This document shows, piece after piece, positions 63,861 to 64,000 of a stretch of 64,000 nucleotides of DNA. The stretch is from Candidatus Kaiserbacteria bacterium (lineage in GTDB: Bacteria; Patescibacteriota; Minisyncoccia; Phycocordibacterales; Phycocordibacteraceae). Every line of letters begins with the position of its first letter. Positions within the stretch are counted from its first letter, which is position 1. The position numbers and the translations under genes were made by a program. The DNA lies in assembly GCA_016182485.1 (NCBI GenBank), contig JACPGH010000005.1, positions 64,305 to 128,304 on the forward strand, in the 5' to 3' direction. Below the pieces are notes generated by a model. That model had not been told where the DNA came from, did not search any database, and worked only from the letters and a program-made list of their open reading frames with translations.

Positions 63861-64000
63861 ACAAATAGTAAACAGTAAGCAGTTTGCAGTAGGCAGTCAG
63901 AAAATGCAATTACAAATCCTCGGGCCGTATGTCAGCAGCTTTTAGTATTTCGTGTAGAGTGCCCTTCGGCAAATCGCGAGTGTGAATCGGCACGCTAATG

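Overview
This is a 64 kb bacterial window, about 58-62% GC and densely coding. Its content suggests a small-genome lineage, plausibly a CPR/Patescibacteria-like organism. That is an inference from gene content only: many small hypothetical membrane proteins, an expanded TrmB-like regulator family, a PrgI/VirB4-like module, type IV pilus genes, and tRNAs without encoded CCA next to a cca gene.

The window contains the chromosomal origin neighbourhood: rpmH-rnpA-yidC on the minus strand, divergent from dnaA-dnaN on the plus strand. Housekeeping genes I recognise are rpsO, xerC/D-type recombinase, xth, cca, rarA, hup (HU), rny, clpP, ppa, nusA, tpiA, pgk, recJ, RNase H, a ComEC homologue, Fe/Mn superoxide dismutase, rpmB, an M50-type protease, a class A PBP, ruvC and yebC. 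There are three tRNAs: Arg-TCG, Gly-GCC and Gly-TCC.

Accessory content includes:
- A type IV pilus module: pilB, pilC, and three pilin-like genes, two of them with unusually long conserved leaders.
- A conjugative-T4SS-like module: a PrgI-like protein, a VirB4-like ATPase that appears split by a repeat-flanked cassette, and several secreted or membrane proteins.
- Three type II toxin-antitoxin pairs: RelE/ParE-like, DinJ-YafQ and MazEF.
- At least six TrmB-like HTH regulator paralogs.
- Two NYN-domain genes.

The most novel-looking locus is at 17.8-19.7 kb. Two tandem, near-identical 23-codon peptide genes with strong Shine-Dalgarno sites and an intervening hairpin sit immediately upstream of a 450-aa radical-SAM enzyme (CNLRCAHC motif). 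A TrmB-like regulator is transcribed divergently from them. This is a candidate RiPP-like peptide-modification system.

Several unusual repeat families occur in intergenic DNA:
- CTAG-rich heptamer tandems, (CTAGGCK)n, at eight sites (seven loci).
- A composite repeat: a ~50 bp unit (A) plus a 24 bp perfect palindrome (B).
- Tandem copies of the palindrome TTGTGAAGGTCTGACCTTCACAA.
- A 27 bp hairpin (C) at two sites.
- A ~40 bp direct repeat of the xth 3' end bracketing a 1.5 kb XRE + TrmB-like insertion.

A ~0.95 kb GC-rich stretch with no credible ORFs (28.3-29.3 kb) and a ~0.35 kb stretch at 8.2-8.6 kb are candidate structured-RNA loci that I could not identify by eye.
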